Of a stretch of DNA of 64,000 nucleotides, positions 61,926 to 64,000 are shown piece after piece. Origin of the DNA: Gemmatimonadota bacterium (lineage in GTDB: Bacteria > Gemmatimonadota > Gemmatimonadetes > Longimicrobiales > Gaopeijiaceae). The position numbers and the translations under genes were made by a program. The notes under the pieces are model-generated. The model was given only the letters and a program-made list of their open reading frames with translations. It had not been told where the DNA came from and did not search any database. Position 1 is the stretch's first letter. Each line of letters opens with the position of its first letter. The DNA is taken from assembly GCA_034521595.1 (NCBI GenBank), contig JAXHMG010000003.1, positions 512,001 to 576,000 on the forward strand, written 5' to 3'.

Positions 61926-62744
61926 TCAGGACGAGTCGTGTACGGCCCGGACGAAGCTACGCGCTCGTGTCGGGTCGACGCCCGCGCCGGCCCGCCCGTC
62001 CCGCATCACGGCCGAGCCCACGATCGCTCCATGGGTCCCGAGGGGAAGGGAAGCGGCCGTGTCCGTGGTGACCCCGCTCCCGAGGAACAGGGGGGCTTCG
62101 GGGGCTCCGGCGGAGACTTCGGCGATGTCGTCCGGACGGACGGCGTGGCCGGTGCCGCTTCCGGAGACCACGAGGCCGTCGGCGAGCCCCCGCTGCCACG
62201 CGTCGGACGCGGCGTCGCTCAAGCGGGCTCCGGCCGGCGGAGTCGCGTGCTTCACGTGGACGTCGGCCAGAACGGCCACGGGAGCCTCCAGGGAGCGTCG
62301 TAGCCGCAGGGTTTCGTGTGCCTGACCCGTGAGGAGGCCCTGATCGGACCACATGGCACCCGTGTGGACATTGACCCTGATGAACTTGGCCCCGGTCACG
62401 GCCGCGATCGACAGAGCCGATACCGCGTCGTTCCGGAGCACGTTCACCCCGACGGGAAGACGCGTGTTCTGAACCACCGAGTCGACGACCCGCGTCATGG
62501 CGGCGACCGTGACCGGCGGGACGCGGTCCGCGTGAAACGGCGCGTCGAGGAAGTTCTCGACCATGAGCCCGTCGAATCCGGCCTCTTCCAGGGCGGTGGC
62601 GTCTTCCAGAGCGCGGGCGAGCACCGCCTCGAGAGAGCCGTCCCAGCGCGGTGCGTCGGGGAGGGGCCGTAGGTGGATCATGCCGATGAGCACCGGCCGG
62701 TGACTCCACGGGAGCCCCGGACCGAGTGTTGAAGCTTCGTTCAT
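61926..62744 (-). CDS. BtpA/SgcQ family protein
   Basis: IGMIHL, MVENFLDAPF, GVNVLRND, IRVNV, ADVHVKH, SGSGTG, LGSG. Confidence 0.9.
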   Translation of the reverse strand: MNEASTLGPGLPWSHRPVLIGMIHLRPLPDAPRWDGSLEAVLARALEDATALEEAGFDGLMVENFLDAPFHADRVPPVTVAAMTRVVDSVVQNTRLPVGVNVLRNDAVSALSIAAVTGAKFIRVNVHTGAMWSDQGLLTGQAHETLRLRRSLEAPVAVLADVHVKHATPPAGARLSDAASDAWQRGLADGLVVSGSGTGHAVRPDDIAEVSAGAPEAPLFLGSGVTTDTAASLPLGTHGAIVGSAVMRDGRAGAGVDPTRARSFVRAVHDSS

Positions 62745-64000
62745 GGCTCCGGGTCGGGTTCGGAGGATTCAGGCGGGTGCTGCTTCGAGGAACGACGTTC
62801 GTGCGCGAGGCGGGCGGGAGCGACCGCATCGCCTCCGAACCGCCGTCGAAGCGCGTCGACGGCGCGGGAAAGCTCCCGCTCCCGCTCCGATTCTTCCGAA
62901 CGGGCATCACCGGCGAACAACCCGAGCTGGCGCGGCGCATCCGTCGATTCCAGCCCGGCGAGCCCGAGGCCCAACAGACGAGCCGGGACCGGTCGCACCT
63001 CGCGTAGCTCCCTCAAGAGCGGCCGCGCCGCCTCCCGGATCGCGCGGTTCGACTCGACGCCTTCGGGCAGCGTGCGCGAGCGTTGACGCACTCGGAAGTC
63101 GAAGTCCTTGAGCTTGGTGGTGACCGTTCGAGTGCGCAGCCCGTGATCGCGCAGCGTGTGTCCCACGGCTTCCGCCAGCCCGAGGAGCTCCGCCTCCAAG
63201 GCGTCGTCATTGTCGATGTCGCGAGGAAAGGTGCGCTCCGAGGATATGGACTTCCGTTCGCGGTCGGAATCCACGTCGTCGGCGCCCCGTCCCAGGAGGT
63301 GCGCCCGAAGCCACGCCGCTCGGCGTGGACCGAGCCAGCGCTCGAGCCATTCGGGCTCGACCGCGAGTGCGTCCGTGACGGTATGGAGCCCTCGCGAGGT
63401 CAGCCGCTCCAGAAGCGCGGGGCCGACCCCCGGAATGTCTGCGAGCGACAACGCCCTCATGAACGAGGCCTCCGCCCCGGCCGGGACCACGTGCACGCCC
63501 GCCGGCTTCGCGCGTGAGGTCGCGAGCTTGGCGACCAGCCGGTTCGTGCCGCCGCCCACGGAGGTCGCGACGGCGGTGCGGTCGAGGATGGCGCGCCGAA
63601 TGCGATCCGCCGTCTCGGATAGGGCCTCGCCGCGGAAGAGGCGCTCGGTGCCGGTGAGGTCGAGGTAGAACTCGTCGACGGAGGCCGCCTCGACCACCGG
63701 CGCGAGGTCTTCGAGTGCGGCGCGCACTTCGGCGCTCCGGCGTCGCACTGCCTTGCGCGGCACGGATACGACGGTCGCCTCGGGGCACCTTCGGAGTGCC
63801 TCACTCATGGGCATCGCGGAGCGCACCCCGTACACCCGGGCTTCGTACGACGCCGACGTCACCACGCCCCGGCCGCTCGGAGCGCCGCCGACGAGGAGCA
63901 GCGGGGCTCGGCCCGCGCCTTCCGGGTCCTCCATGCGCGCCACCTGTACGAAGAACGCGTCACAGTCGACGTGGAGAATCCGCCGTACGACGTCGTGTTC
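62741..64000 (-). CDS. dinB: DNA polymerase IV (5' end at or beyond the window edge)
   Basis: RILHVDCDAFF, SASYEAR, SVDEFYLD, KLA...KPAG, PGVG, KSISSERTF. Confidence 0.95.
   Translation of the reverse strand, partial: EHDVVRRILHVDCDAFFVQVARMEDPEGAGRAPLLLVGGAPSGRGVVTSASYEARVYGVRSAMPMSEALRRCPEATVVSVPRKAVRRRSAEVRAALEDLAPVVEAASVDEFYLDLTGTERLFRGEALSETADRIRRAILDRTAVATSVGGGTNRLVAKLATSRAKPAGVHVVPAGAEASFMRALSLADIPGVGPALLERLTSRGLHTVTDALAVEPEWLERWLGPRRAAWLRAHLLGRGADDVDSDRERKSISSERTFPRDIDNDDALEAELLGLAEAVGHTLRDHGLRTRTVTTKLKDFDFRVRQRSRTLPEGVESNRAIREAARPLLRELREVRPVPARLLGLGLAGLESTDAPRQLGLFAGDARSEESERERELSRAVDALRRRFGGDAVAPARLAHERRSSKQHPPESSEPDPEP

Overview
High-GC bacterial chromosomal window. Gene content (SprA-like giant barrel, DUF5916 protein, ECF/anti-sigma cassettes, SahR-ahcY) suggests Gemmatimonadota (inference, no database search). 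About 48 CDS are supportable, mostly housekeeping: priA, HNH nuclease, two convergent ECF sigma cassettes, threonine synthase, a YncD/PqqU-like TonB receptor, pepP, a methionine block (metF-like, yitJ-like, metH), dapF-like, lptFG, an sprA-like gene next to comEA-pilB-pilT-pilC, fabH, katG, a P-type ATPase, sahR-ahcY, a desaturase, an AGCS symporter, btpA and dinB. Most interesting: (1) a tightly coupled four-gene envelope redox operon (Met/His-rich periplasmic protein, beta-barrel, cytochrome c-beta-barrel fusion, pentaheme cytochrome) facing a P-type ATPase/NOX-like reductase/cytochrome c operon next to katG; (2) a SAM-II-like riboswitch with an inserted hairpin and terminator upstream of metH, which lacks a canonical in-frame start codon; (3) a T9SS SprA-like translocon beside competence/type IV pilus motor genes; (4) a DapF homologue with both catalytic Cys replaced by Ser; (5) a ~140-nt rod-like RNA hairpin occluding the RBS of the HNH gene. 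No tRNA, rRNA, CRISPR array, integrase or transposase was recognised. Family assignments are from motifs recognised by eye; start codons were chosen by RBS and overlap logic.
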